A stretch of 64,000 bases of DNA, taken from Tubiluchus corallicola (Eukaryota > Animalia > Priapulida). The stretch's first letter is position 1; every line of letters starts with the position of its first letter. Position numbers and translations under genes: made by a program. The notes below the pieces were generated by a model that saw nothing but the letters and a program-made list of their open reading frames with translations, made no database searches and was not told the origin of the DNA. Location: NCBI GenBank assembly GCA_030141605.1, contig JAQGDQ010000081.1, forward strand, positions 124,001-188,000. The letters are read 5' to 3'. Shown here piece after piece: positions 51,411 through 64,000 of this stretch.

Positions 51411-54400
51411 ATGCTAGCTTTAGCTCAGAAAACAATTTCGGGTATGTCATTTCCTAATTAAGCAAATTTATAAATGTAATAATACAATATTATTCTACAT
51501 AATTACAGTAAATATTCACCATGAGTGGAACTAAAGTTACATTAAATAAGGTTAAAAGAATAAAGAAATAATGTCTCAAGAAATAAAATGATAGGCCTAT
51601 AATTAGTACATAGTAGACTGCTGCACTGCACATACACACATTATTTTGTTATGAGCAGATGGTCATGTTTTTTCAGTTGCAATTTCATTAACAAGGTTCG
51701 TTTGTGTTAAACAAAATATTTGCGTTCTGGTTAATGGAAGAAAGTGAATGTATTTCAGATCCTGAACCAGAACAGATAAAATGTGACAGACAGAAACTTT
51801 TATCCAACCTTCTTGATGCTGTAAAACAGGTAAACTCTCATATTATTAGTTTTTTCCTGTAGGAGTTGTGGAATAAACATTGGTAACTGTGCACTCAGTC
51901 TTGTCCCTCATAGACCGTGTGGTCTGTGCACTGTTGAGTGCACTGGGTTTTTTATATCTATCAACTAAAATGTGTGTACACTTGGCAGATAAAACAATGC
52001 ATGTATGATGACTTACAAGTAACCAAAGAATTTTCTTTAATAAATAAGAAAAGTCAGTAATTGGTAAAACGTATCATTAACATAAACAATTTTAAGCACC
52101 TAGTTTTAATTTAATCATTTTTTAATTATGTTTATATTGTTTCATAGGTGTAGTAAATGTAACATAAAAATCAGATTTTTTATTTACATTTTTCTTTACG
52201 TTAATTACTACAAAGCCCCGAATCCTTTAAAATTTGATAATTTGTTTGCATACAGCTGAAGAGCAGTCATCCAAAGCCCTTAGTAGTGTTTGACTGCATT
52301 GTGCCACAGTTGTCTGCTCTACTGCAATGATATCATCATGATCTCTCATTAGCTCTTGGGACTATATGTTATATTATTTTTGCAACACTGCATTGAGTAC
52401 ACAAACTTTTTATTGATTTTTCTTCCTCACCTTGTGGACCTATTTTCTGTCATATTGCCAGATCACTTGCATGTACTGATGCCGCACGTTCTGGTGTCTG
52501 TGTACACATTACACAGTACTATACTATACACTTGCCTCTTTTAATTTGAATACAACGACATATAAATAGCACATGATAATAATATTGAGTTATTTACACT
52601 ACTACTTATCACTTGTGCAAGCAACTTTTTGTGTCATCATATAAAGTTTTCTAAGGTAAATTACCATTATGGTTTTCACTGCTACTTTTCCAAGTTGGTT
52701 CGTGTAAAAAATGTTGCTGATATTTTTATATAAGCAATATAGACCAAGATTGCTGCACATGTTTACCATACAACAGTAAAGTACACATAAATGTGACAGC
52801 ACTTTTGCCTCTTATTGTTGGTTATTAATATGTCGTATGTAATAAATTTAAACTATAACTCCGTATAATTTTTAATTTAAAAATTAACAACAACTATTTT
52901 ACTTTTCTCAGTGCCAGGTAAGGTTTGGAGGGAGGAAAGAGCTGGCAACAGATAGTGATAGTAGGGTTGCCTGTTTATGCAGCCAGTTTGAAAGTGTCCT
53001 GCAACATGGGATGAAGCCAATGAACAAAACATTGTCTGCATTAAGGTAAGTGCAAGTTCTAAGTATTTTATCTGATCTTTACATTATTAGGAATACTATG
53101 TTTCTCCATCTGTCCTGAACCACTGCTGATTAGTTTAAACAATTTTTCAATACAGACTATCTTCCCCTGGTATAGTTTGTAACAGGAGTAGCTGTTTCAT
53201 CATTCTATTACATCAGTTTGTTTTCAGCTTAGTTGCAATGCTGAACTTAGAAAAAATATAGCATTTTTAGTAATATTTATTTAAACCCAATAGCATGAAA
53301 TAGTCACAGGTTAGAATGATTTTCGTTAGGTGGTGTGCTCATACATTTTGTATATCTGTTTTCTTTGAGAACTTATCTTCTTTTTCTTGCTGCACTAAAA
53401 TGGCTCAATACATGAGTGGAAACATTGCTGTAATACACACTTTTTATTTCCAGACAAGTGACTGGCATAACGAAAGTAGCTGGTTATAGTCTTGACACTA
53501 AACCAATATTCTGGCAATTTGTCAAAGAATTTCTCAACAAACATGAGTTAGAGAGGTAACAATTTGTCTATTAATTTTTAGAATGTTTGCAACTGAAACT
53601 CTGGTTTTAGGAAGCACGTAGACTCTGGCATTAGGAAGGTGAAAGGTGCACAGCCAACAAATGATTTATTTGCAATTTTATATGAAATCTATGCTTGTTT
53701 GCATTTTGATTAGTTAGAAATTTTCACATGTGTTTGCTGTCTGCATTTTTGGCTTTAGTGCAATGGATAAATGTGAAATGTGTATCAAAAGTTGTCTTGG
53801 ATTTACCACTTTAAGTTATAAGTAACAGAAATAGTGTTGTCTTTCACAAAGCCAAATCTAGACCAAATTGGCTGGGATGTTTTTAAGGACTAACAATAGC
53901 AGATGTAGCTGCTTTCGCAAAAGTTTACCCAGGGCCAGTAGCTGGTTATGTATATGGATGCTGTTTAATAAGTACTAGTGGCACAGGTTTTTATAGCTTG
54001 GGCAGCATAACCTAAGCACCTTGCCTGAATAAATTCTTTTGTTTAAGCGGCATTTAGAAAAAGACTTTGTTTAGCCTAAATAATTTAAGCCTGCCATTCA
54101 TTTACTTGAAACGAGTACTCTAATTTATTTTCATGACATTATTATTCACGTTAATCTGTAGTGAAATACGAAGGCTTCAAATCTATTTTTTGGCAAATAA
54201 CTTTTGTAGATATTGCTGTTCCAATAAACAGACTTTATGGAAATTCAGTCGACTACGACGTTCGACCTCAAGTGGTTGATCAGAAATTAACATGATTGAT
54301 AACTGCTTAATACAATAAGAGTAAGATTTTGTACACTTCCCTACTCGTTTCTGTCACTTCATTATTGTAGGGGAAAACTTACAGCATCAGTTAGAGGAAA

Positions 54401-57400
54401 AATAACAAAATAGCAGTCAGAAGCTTGATTCTTCGTTTTATTTCATACTAATACAACGCAACCGAATATTACCATTGATCATTAGTCAGTCATCAACATT
54501 TTTCAAAGGTTGATGATTTATCACAGCCATGCACTACAGTCTTTTCTGTCTTTGCCAAATGGGAAACTTTCGCAGCTTCTTTTCCATTTTCTAAATATGA
54601 TTTTGCCTTTTTTAAAAATAATCTTTTGCCTGCCAGATGTGATTTGACATTCCTCAATGACGTTTTGTTCATAACAGATGTGTTATTTCTGATGTTATTG
54701 ATATATGCCTCTTTTTATCTCACACTGCTTCCCTTTTTTGGCAGAGTAGTGAGAGAGCAACTAGTACTTAGTTTGCTAATCAAGCTGTGTGCTTATTAAT
54801 TTTATACATGCAGAAATAGAAATTGTCACAATTTATAATTAAATTTTGTGATTGCATCAACTAATGAAAGCAAAGGTTTCCTGTTCAACATCTGTATGAA
54901 ACTTGATCAGAAACACTTTAGTGTTATAGCATTCTCAGCAGTCTGCTGAACTTGTTGAATGAATTTGTATTGTAGTACTCAATGGTTAATTTAATTTACA
55001 AAGGTGCTGTGAAATTGGCTATGTTAGCTTGTTGGGCTGATTTACGAGTTTAGGGAGCTGAGCGCTGCTTGCACATTAGATAATAATTTCAGAATGGATT
55101 AATTGAATGTGTTATCATATTGTAGCAGACAACATATGTAAAGGTCTTGTCTGTTTGCAAAATTTGACCTAACTGAAGACGTAACTGCTGTAGCAAGTGC
55201 ACAGCATAGTTGCATACACTCGTCCATAACCATATATAGAGGGTTTGAAATTTTGCGTATCAGTATAGTAGAATGTCAAGATTTCATTGGCTTTATCAGT
55301 TGGCTTGTTTTGTTGGTTTTGTTTTAGTTTACTTAATGTACATATTCATCAGGTACATGATGCTTCGTCATATCAACTCTGACGTGGGACGTGGGCGGGC
55401 GTGGCTTCGTTCATCTCTAAACGAACATTCATTAGAAAGATATATGCATTTGATGGTGAATGATGCCGGTGTTATTAGGTATGTTTTTATTGTGCTGGTG
55501 TTATCAGCTTCATAGTTCAAAGTTGTTTTTGAGTCACATTAACTCGTAACGGATTTACAGCGTCGTTTAATAAATGCTGAAGTTAATTGATATTAATGAG
55601 GAAAAGTTTCTCAGTTTTTCAATTTGGTTTTAGAGTCCACTGGTAGATTTTTGCTTGAAATGTTAATTATGATTTTTGTTTAGCACAGCATTTGTGTTTT
55701 TAACATTTTAATTTAATCATTATTTATTAACTAGGTAATATAATCGCTGAGCCTTGTAAGATTTTTCAGTACATTTTTTGTGTTTCTACTTTATTTTATA
55801 TGATTTCAGTCACTTCTATGAGGAATGGGCATTTATAATGGATGAGGAACGATCAAGCATGTTACCAGTCATGGCTGCTGGTTTGTAAATGTTATTTTTA
55901 ACACTACTTACTTAAAGGCACACCAGTTTATAATTCTTCATCTATCTTGTCAAAATATGGCAGCACTTGACACATATTAATACATACACAGCACTACACA
56001 TACTATTACATACTTGTTTGCAACGTTTGTGTCGCAATCTAGTAACATTTTTGCTGAATTAACAGAAGCTAGTGTATCTCTGTAACTTAGGCTTTGTAAG
56101 GCTCTGTAACTTAAACAACGGTTTGATTATTTTTAAAAAAGTCCCAAATTTGATTTTGTTTGGATCTCTTGCTAAAAAAAACTGTTATAATAGTTTGCAC
56201 TTTATATAAGCTTACACAGTTTAACAAATCAAATATGTTATTTGTATCTGCCATATAGTGTTAGCTGGTGAATGGAAAGAATAAGATTTTTGTAAGAATA
56301 AAAGTAATATTCATGCTGTATGGCATGATTTGGTTATTAAATTGTGAAAATAACAGAGAGTGTATCTCGATATTTTATATTACTAACCAACATTATCGCA
56401 AGTGGTGTTATGCATGATTTGAAACTTTTTGATTGCATTACCACAGATAACAAAGTTACTGGGCTCTGCATGCACGGTTAAGTGCTAATATTGCCACAGT
56501 ATTGCTGGTCAATTATTTTTGCTCTTTTTCATGCATTAGTTTTTTTCTATATTCACATTCTTTATAGAACAGAAAAAAGGGGACCAAGAAAAGCAATAAA
56601 TTTCATAATGTTTTTATGTCGTGTTATGCTACATACATACATAAACGTTAAGCACAAACCTTTGAAAATCATAAGTCTACTAACATTTTTCCAGTTTTAA
56701 CACATATTTGATTTATAGGCTTGGGATCAATTTTGTTTGCCATCAGTATTGACAGTGAAGACCTGAACGGCAGTCGATTGCCATCACCAGCTCTTTCACA
56801 AGACACGGCTTTGCCATGGCCATCATTAAAAGCCACTCCCATCTCTCCTGAGCCAAAAGCCGTAGTAGCTGTAGTGGCTAATGGTGAGTATAGCAGTTTA
56901 AAGTTATTATAGAAATGTAATAAATTATGTAACTAAGGATTGATACTCATTCTTGAAGTAAGTCACATAAATCTCATTTGGACTTTTTCCTCCTTTGCTA
57001 TTAAATCTTGTACTAATCGTTTGTTTATAGACCCAAAGAAAGAAAGAAAACGAAAGAAAAAGGCGCCACAGCAGATTGTTTCTTTTGATGATGATTCGTC
57101 TTCATCAATTGTTAGTTCATCAATAGCTAGTCCAAGGTATGCTTTAAAATGGCCAAATGCTTTTTGCTTTCTTTTTTGAACTTAAAATTGTCATATTAAA
57201 CTGTCATATTAAATATTGAACTTAAACTGTGTATTATTAATGTTAATTATTAATTGACCTGCTTCAATTAACAGCAAAGTTTGTAAATTGGTTCTAAAAA
57301 ATTCAATAACTTCACAAGGTAGTGTAAAATAAATAGGTAAGTTAAAAGGTGCAGAAATTTCCATTTCAACCAGTCTGTTTTCTTTTTTTTGCAATATAAT

Positions 57401-60400
57401 ATGATTGCAATAGTATTCTGATATAGTGTGACTAGTATATTTGCATTAACAGGCACGGAAACATTAATTTTGCTTTACAGAAGTTACAGAACCTTACGAG
57501 GTTTTTGATGTAAAATAAATTGTTGTTCATAGCATATTTGAAGTGATTGTTATAAGTTATAATCAAAACCGTGAAATTTTTGCTTTTAATGAACCATAAA
57601 TTAATTCAGCACAATAATGTTGATTGCAAAATTTAAATTCTCATTGAAGGATTATTCTGACAGGTCGCTTGACTCAACACACACATTCCCACCACATTCT
57701 GGTTGTACTGCCGCCATTGGTAATATTTCCGATAACCAATCAGTGCAAGTAAAACCAGTTTCTGAAAAGATTTCCTCTAAATTGTCTGCAGTAACAAGTC
57801 AACATGTGCGGTCACAAAGTTTACCACAGCATCTTCTAACTTCACACATATCAACTGTAAATACGTCTACTACTGAACCTAGACTACCAGTAAGCATATC
57901 ATCGGAACCAGACGAGCAACAGTCAGATGTCAACCTCATTTGCACTCCAACCACATCAGATGATCATTCTTTTTTATCAGATGATGTAAAAAAATGTAAT
58001 CTTTCTCTTCAATTAAGAGAAATTGCATCCCCTGTTGATGTACCAGTGGAAACAAACTTACTTCCAAATACTGAGCAAGTTAATATTGAAACTGTAGTAT
58101 CTGATACAAATGAGGTTGTCGATGCTTCTCTGATACAAAACCAGGAGGAAAGACTAGAAGAACCTGCTGCTGTTGAGCAGCAAACTGGTCCTTATGATGA
58201 TGTTGATGATGACATTTATGATAACCTCCCTGTAACCACAACTGAAGATTTATCATCAGATGATAGTTGCCCGGGCTTATCAAGTTCAACTGATGAAACA
58301 ACAGAAAACCAAAAACGTGAAGGTGAAGGAACAAAACAAGCTGAAAAACTCACAGAGGTTGAGCATTTACCAAAGATGTTCCACTCACATGATGTTGAAC
58401 CAGGAAAGAAGATTAAGCAGCTTGCTAGTGCTAAAGTGATTGATCAAATTAAGTCATCGGCTAGTTCTGGGACTGTACCAGAAGCAAGGTACGTTACTTT
58501 ACTTAATAAACCTTTTCACAGTTTCGTTGTGCGCACTCGAGTTGCTGCGGGTCACGGGTTAAGCATACCACAGCAACTGTGACCTGACATGTGAGTTAAA
58601 TACAGCTGTCTGCTGCATCAGTTCAGCAACTACAGTTGTTTTATGTGGACTTTACTTAATTATGCATTAGTCTGTGCATAGAGTGATTTGCTAGCACATT
58701 CTTGGTTGGGAACAAGAAAAATTGAGCTAGGTAAGGTTTTAGCTAGCTGTTTCATTGTATAAGCCCAGACTGATGTTACTACACAATTTTATTTTACTCA
58801 TATTAATCATATTAAGCTATGAACTTTAATCTAGTTTTACTAATTGACATTATAATTAATCAGACACTTATTTGATGGAAAAAATTCTTGACTGTATAGA
58901 TGCTAACTTGCAAAATTGTGTTTTTTGCATTTCTATTTTACCTTCTTAGAAGTGGCACAACGGAGGCTGTTAAAGGCAGTCCATCAACCACTTGTACTTT
59001 AACACCTGTGAATGATGTCTCGGTGGGTGATCTGTACCAAATTCCTCCTGACGAGTGCCATTCCGGTAAGCTGCTATCCCTTTTTTCTGAGAAACTTGCT
59101 GCAGCAGTAGCGGTAGTCAAAATTATTACAAGAATTTTTTCTAAGTGGTAGATGCATATGTAACTTGTTTGATCTCAGCAAAAAACTTTCAAGTTTAATA
59201 TTACCCTAGTTCTGTAATGAACTTTGCCTTTACTATTTTAGGAATGGTAAGATGAGTCTAAGGGTAGAATTCTCTTACCTTTTTTGATTGCTTGTTTCAA
59301 ACTAATAAGACTGTGTTAAAACTATGGTGATGTACGAAATGCTAGAAATGACGTTCTAGCCATGCTATTTACAGTCATTAATGTTAAAATACTACTGGAC
59401 AGTGAGATCGACTAGCGACTGGCTCGAACCTGTTAAAGTCTGTAGATAAACTTTTTAACATTTTCAATTTTTTTCCACAGTTAATTGTCCCAAGGTTGTC
59501 TTGATAGTTAATACAGTTTTTGCTTGTATTCCACTAATTGATGCAACCTAGTGACACAGTATATATACGTTGTTTTGTAATTCTATTTGCAATTGAAATT
59601 TCTCTTTATAGAAGCAGAATCAGCAAGTGTTAGTTCGCTAGATACTGGACGTGGGGGTCAGGCTATTGTTACGGTTTCTCAGATGGCAAACACACCTGGG
59701 TGAATATATTAAAATCTGCTTTTAAATATATTAAAATTAAAGTCTTTTTGTTGCATTTGCAGTGCTTTAAGATTAAGATAATAATTTTTAGCTGCTCAAT
59801 TTTTTGTTTAGTTTCAGCTTTACACAACATGCTGTTGCATATGTATTAAGTTTTTTTTAAACATTAAAAGGGATAGTATTGACGTTGCTTCCATGATTTA
59901 CACACTTAATTTTTTCCATAGAATTCATATTAAATTTATTGCAGTTACAGAAATTAATGAGTAACTTAGCATTTCTGTTAGTGTTTTTCCACAAGTAAAT
60001 TTTACTTACTTTTTTCAGTACTGCTACTATAGCTGGAAGTCATCGGTATAGTTGTCCGGGTATGACAAGCTTGATTTCACATGAAACCATGACACCTGGT
60101 AAATGCTGTTTGTTTGTAAAGATAAATTGAAGCATCAACATGAATTTTTGTTGTGCATGTTTTTTTACCTGAAGATGTATTGCAGTAGTTTACCAAGTTC
60201 GTATGTTTTTTCTATTACCTTTTTCTCCATATGAGCTTTTAAAGCTCGAGAAGATGCCTTGATATTCACACTATATATTTAGATGTCTGAATTAAATGTA
60301 TATGCTCAACTGATAATTCTGGTGCATTTCAGATTTTTTTTAAAGCTTGACTAAAGCAGCCCCTCGGTTATGCAAAAAAGAGTTTATGAGAATGGCCCCA

Positions 60401-62977
60401 AAGGATGATCAATAAAAGACTAGCTTATTTTTGACTCATATTAGTATTTTTTAACATTACAGTGTCATCATTTGGTGGAAAAGTATATGTACTACATTAA
60501 TGTTTTAACATACATTTCATCGTAAGATATAATGATGCTAAATGCATAACAACAAGTATCTTGCATGTTTCTAGCTGAAATGAGACAAGCTCTGGTTGCC
60601 ATGATGCTCCGCCGTGAAGATATGGAGGAGCAGAATCGATCAATTCGGCAGCTGTTGGAGATTGAGATGGAAACCGCTGCTACACTACGTGGAGAACTGG
60701 ATGAAGTTCAACGTAAAGCAAACGAGCGCGAGGAAAAAACTGAAGCTAGAATTAAAGCACTGAAAAGGTGAGTTCCAAACTGTTAGGAAACTGCAAATTG
60801 CTGAGAATTGGAGCATTCTATTTTGAAACAATTGTACAAAATAGCTATAGTATTTTCTTTTTATATAATACAGGGAAAATGAGTTATTAAAACAACAGTT
60901 GAAGAAATACATTGGAGCAGTACAGATGCTAAAGAGAGATGGTCCACAAAATGACCAGAGTAAGCTTACTGTAATTAATTGCTTTCATGTTAATATGCCA
61001 CACATTGCAAAATTATCGGCCACTTTTCATTGATTGTAGCTACATGAAACAATTACCTGTTGGTGACGACTTGTTTTATACTGTCATTATCATCGTCGTT
61101 GTCGTCTCATCATCATCTTTATCATCATATTCATCATCATCATCATCATCATTAAAAGCATTATTTTTATAAAGTTCTAAGCAACATTTGTGTTTAATAT
61201 TTTTAGGTTTTTTTGCACAAATACGTATATTACTTGACAGCAGTTTTAATGAGGTTCTACTAAAGAAAAGGAATCTACTCCTTCGCTCAGTTTTTCAATT
61301 AAATACCATTCTATGCATGAAAATAGTTAGGTTTCAATAAATTACAGAAAAAATGATTAGCTAATCTAACAGATAATCTTTTACCATTTGGCTGAAAATT
61401 GCTGCTTTAGTTTTTGGACTTATATCATCTTTTATTAGAACTTATCTTTTAAATTTTAAAAATTGTCTTTTGTCATAGCTTGCGAGGTAGGCACTTGTCT
61501 ATGTTATATTTATAGCTAATAAATTTATATTACTTCTCTATATCTATATTATTTGGCTATATTTTAAGCATTGTCTGAGTTAATTGAAAATATCCAACCT
61601 GCTATTCCTCCTTCGACATCTCAGCGTGATTATAGCTACGAAGCCAGCCAATATGAGTCTAAACTTATCCAGGTACTATTTTACATATTACTGAACTTTG
61701 TGTCATTGTGCATTATAGATCGACTATGTTTTTATAAACAATCTGCTTATAATCTAGGTACTACTAGAATGTAGTTCACAATTATCACACTTGCAGAGCC
61801 TAAATTTATTTATAAATCGTTGCGTTGGATATATAATTATTGTTTTTACTTTTTATTTTCGTTGATTTGGTCTTTTTGACGGGCTGTACAATCAAAGTTT
61901 AATTTGACATTTTTTTAACAATTTAGGTTTAAATTTAAATTTCAGGTAGCAGAAATGCATGGGGAATTAGTAGAATTTAATGAGCATTTACATCGGCAGT
62001 TAAATCAGAAGGATTTACAACTAAGACGACTTAAAGAAGAACTCGTTGATTTGAGAGGTCCGGTAAGCACATATTTTGTTATCCTAGCTTTTATTGCTTT
62101 AAATGGCTATATGCTAAAATGTGAATTTAATTGACTATAATTTTGTAATATTTCGGCAGTTGAGGATAATTCTAATATATTGTGTTACTGTTTTCTTCTA
62201 ATTTTTTATTGCAGTAACAAAATATGTACAGTATAAGCAATTGCATTTGAAAATTTTTTATTTAACCCTTTCTGATAATCTCCTCTGTTGGTACGAGTAA
62301 GTTTTTGTTTTTAACAACTTTGTGTGAAAACTGAAATTGCTGATGCACTACTAGTGACAAAAATACTTGTTGCCTTTTTTATTGCGGCCTAAGCAAACTA
62401 AATTATTGCTGCGGTTATAAGCTTAACTTATTGCACTGAATTTCTATTATTTTTAGTTACCAGAAGAAGGTCAAACATCAGATGATGATGTTAGTATTAC
62501 TTCAGATTATGACACGTAAGTTTATATTTTGTGAAGTTTGCAAGTAATTGCAGCCAGATTTACTATGTTTACAAACATATTACTATAAAAAAATAGTCAT
62601 TTTACTGTTTGCTCCTCAAATATTGTTTTAGTAGTTGACAGCGGCTTTACAAATGTAAAATTATACACCTGTTAATGTTTTTTGGTTATTGCAAATGCTT
62701 ACAGGTCTTCAATGACAGCTGCTGCTCGAGCTCTCATTAATATCTGGATTCCATCAGCATTTCTCCGGGGGAAGACTTCTGATGCACATCATGTTTATCA
62801 GGTACATGACATTGCTATTTTTTTTGCTGTTCCATACAAAACATAAGCAGTAGTTACTACAAAAAAAGAATAGCCTTCCCCATGCACATGCAGCTTTTAT
62901 ACAAGAGTATTTTCTTACAATAAAATGTATACATTATAATTTCATCTAATACATGCCTCATAACCAGCTTGCCGTCT

Positions 62978-63059
<82 letters not shown>

Positions 63060-63881
63060 TAAGATTTTCTCTGTGTCTTTTTAACTATTGACCCAAGAGA
63101 ACCCAAGAGATCCTGGCTAGAGGAATTCGTCATCTAAAAGTTTGATAGACATGACGGATTAGGAAAAAATCATATGTCAGAAATCATTGGAAATCTTCTG
63201 TCTGTGCAATATAAACATTGTTTTAGTTTCCCATGGACGAGAGTTCATTTCTTATAGAAAAACAAAGCATACTATCTCATGTTTGTATTTCATCATGGAT
63301 GTGTTGGTTATTGATGTTCTAAATACATATATTTAGGTTTATGTTCGGATCCGTGATGAAGAATGGAATGTTTATCGTCGTTATGCACAATTTTATGAAC
63401 TCCACTCTACTGTTAAGCGAAAATTGCCTATTGTAAATACATTCGATTTCCCACCAAAGAAAGTTATTGGAAACAAGGTTAGCAAATTTCATATTACTAC
63501 ATCTTTAGTGACTTTTTTAATTTGTAAATTTGGATATTTAATTCACATTTATTTTGTATATATAAAGTTCATTTTAACTTTACTTAAATACACATTAATA
63601 ATTTGATTTAAAGTTGAAATACTGATTACCACTTTCTTTTAGTAAGGTTTGCCAATTTTTGCACTCTTGAAAAAAGAAAAGAGCATACCGTAAAATGATC
63701 CAGATCTTTTATCCAGAAAATTAAGGACCTTCTTCTTACAGGAACTGAAATTTGTCGAAGAAAGGCGGAAAAAATTACAGCACTACTTGCGTTGTTTGGT
63801 CAATATAGTGCTTCAGGAAACTCCTGAGCTAGCAGCCAGTCCTTGTCAGCAAACTCTTATACAAACTTTGCCATTTTTCGG
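51411..63881 (+). CDS. SNX29: Sorting nexin-29 (RUN, coiled coil, PX), 3' end beyond the window
   Basis: Exons: 51411-51441, 51759-51829 (LLDAVKQ), 52912-53045 (CQVRFGGRKELATDSDSRV), 53454-53555, 55353-55478 (SDVGRGRAWLRSSLNEHSLERY), 55810-55880, 56719-56883, 57031-57136, 57664-58488, 58950-59065, 59612-59699, 60019-60098, 60575-60767, 60874-60959 (RENELLKQQLKKYIGAVQML), 61569-61672, 61946-62062 (VAEMHGELVEFNE), 62457-62515, 62705-62801 (INIWIPSAFLRG), 63337-63477 (EWNVYRRY..FPPKKVIGNK), 63742-63881. All phases are consistent. An alternative in-frame ATG lies at 51734. Confidence 0.95.
61107..61152. repeat. Imperfect (CAT)n microsatellite
   Basis: TCATCATCA runs. Confidence 0.8.
62980..63056. 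repeat. (TA)n microsatellite
   Basis: Perfect dinucleotide run. Confidence 0.97.
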
Positions 63882-64000
63882 GTAACTTTCTTATTCAGTT
63901 GTTCACATTGTAGCCTGATATTTTTCTCATTCTACATAATCTACTAAAAGTACTGAGTTACCAGTGTGTGTGTGCTTAATATGAAAGTGAAGCAGCACCA

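Overview
AT-rich animal (invertebrate-like) nuclear DNA with spliceosomal introns. The taxon cannot be fixed from this window. Five protein-coding genes can be reconstructed by hand, and splice phases are consistent in all four spliced models. (1) A ~2320-aa single-pass membrane protein on + (signal peptide, LDLa repeats, a ~1400-aa mucin-like S/T/N stalk with 55-aa tandem repeats, EGF-SEA-EGF, TM, long disordered tail). (2) UNC93-like MFSD11 on -. (3) An intronless mTERF-like ORF on +. (4) RPL10 on -. (5) SNX29 on +, running off the right edge and head-to-head with RPL10. Introns contain decayed Tc1/mariner, MULE-like and RTE-like fragments, several MITEs and microsatellites. The most interesting signals are candidate box H/ACA snoRNAs in RPL10 introns (one SNORA71-like, one possibly three-hairpin), an array of LC8-type QT motifs in the mucin receptor tail, two GC-AG introns plus a possible GA-AG cassette exon, and an overlapping uORF just after the RPL10 TOP motif. 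All calls are by eye; no searches or folding programs were run.
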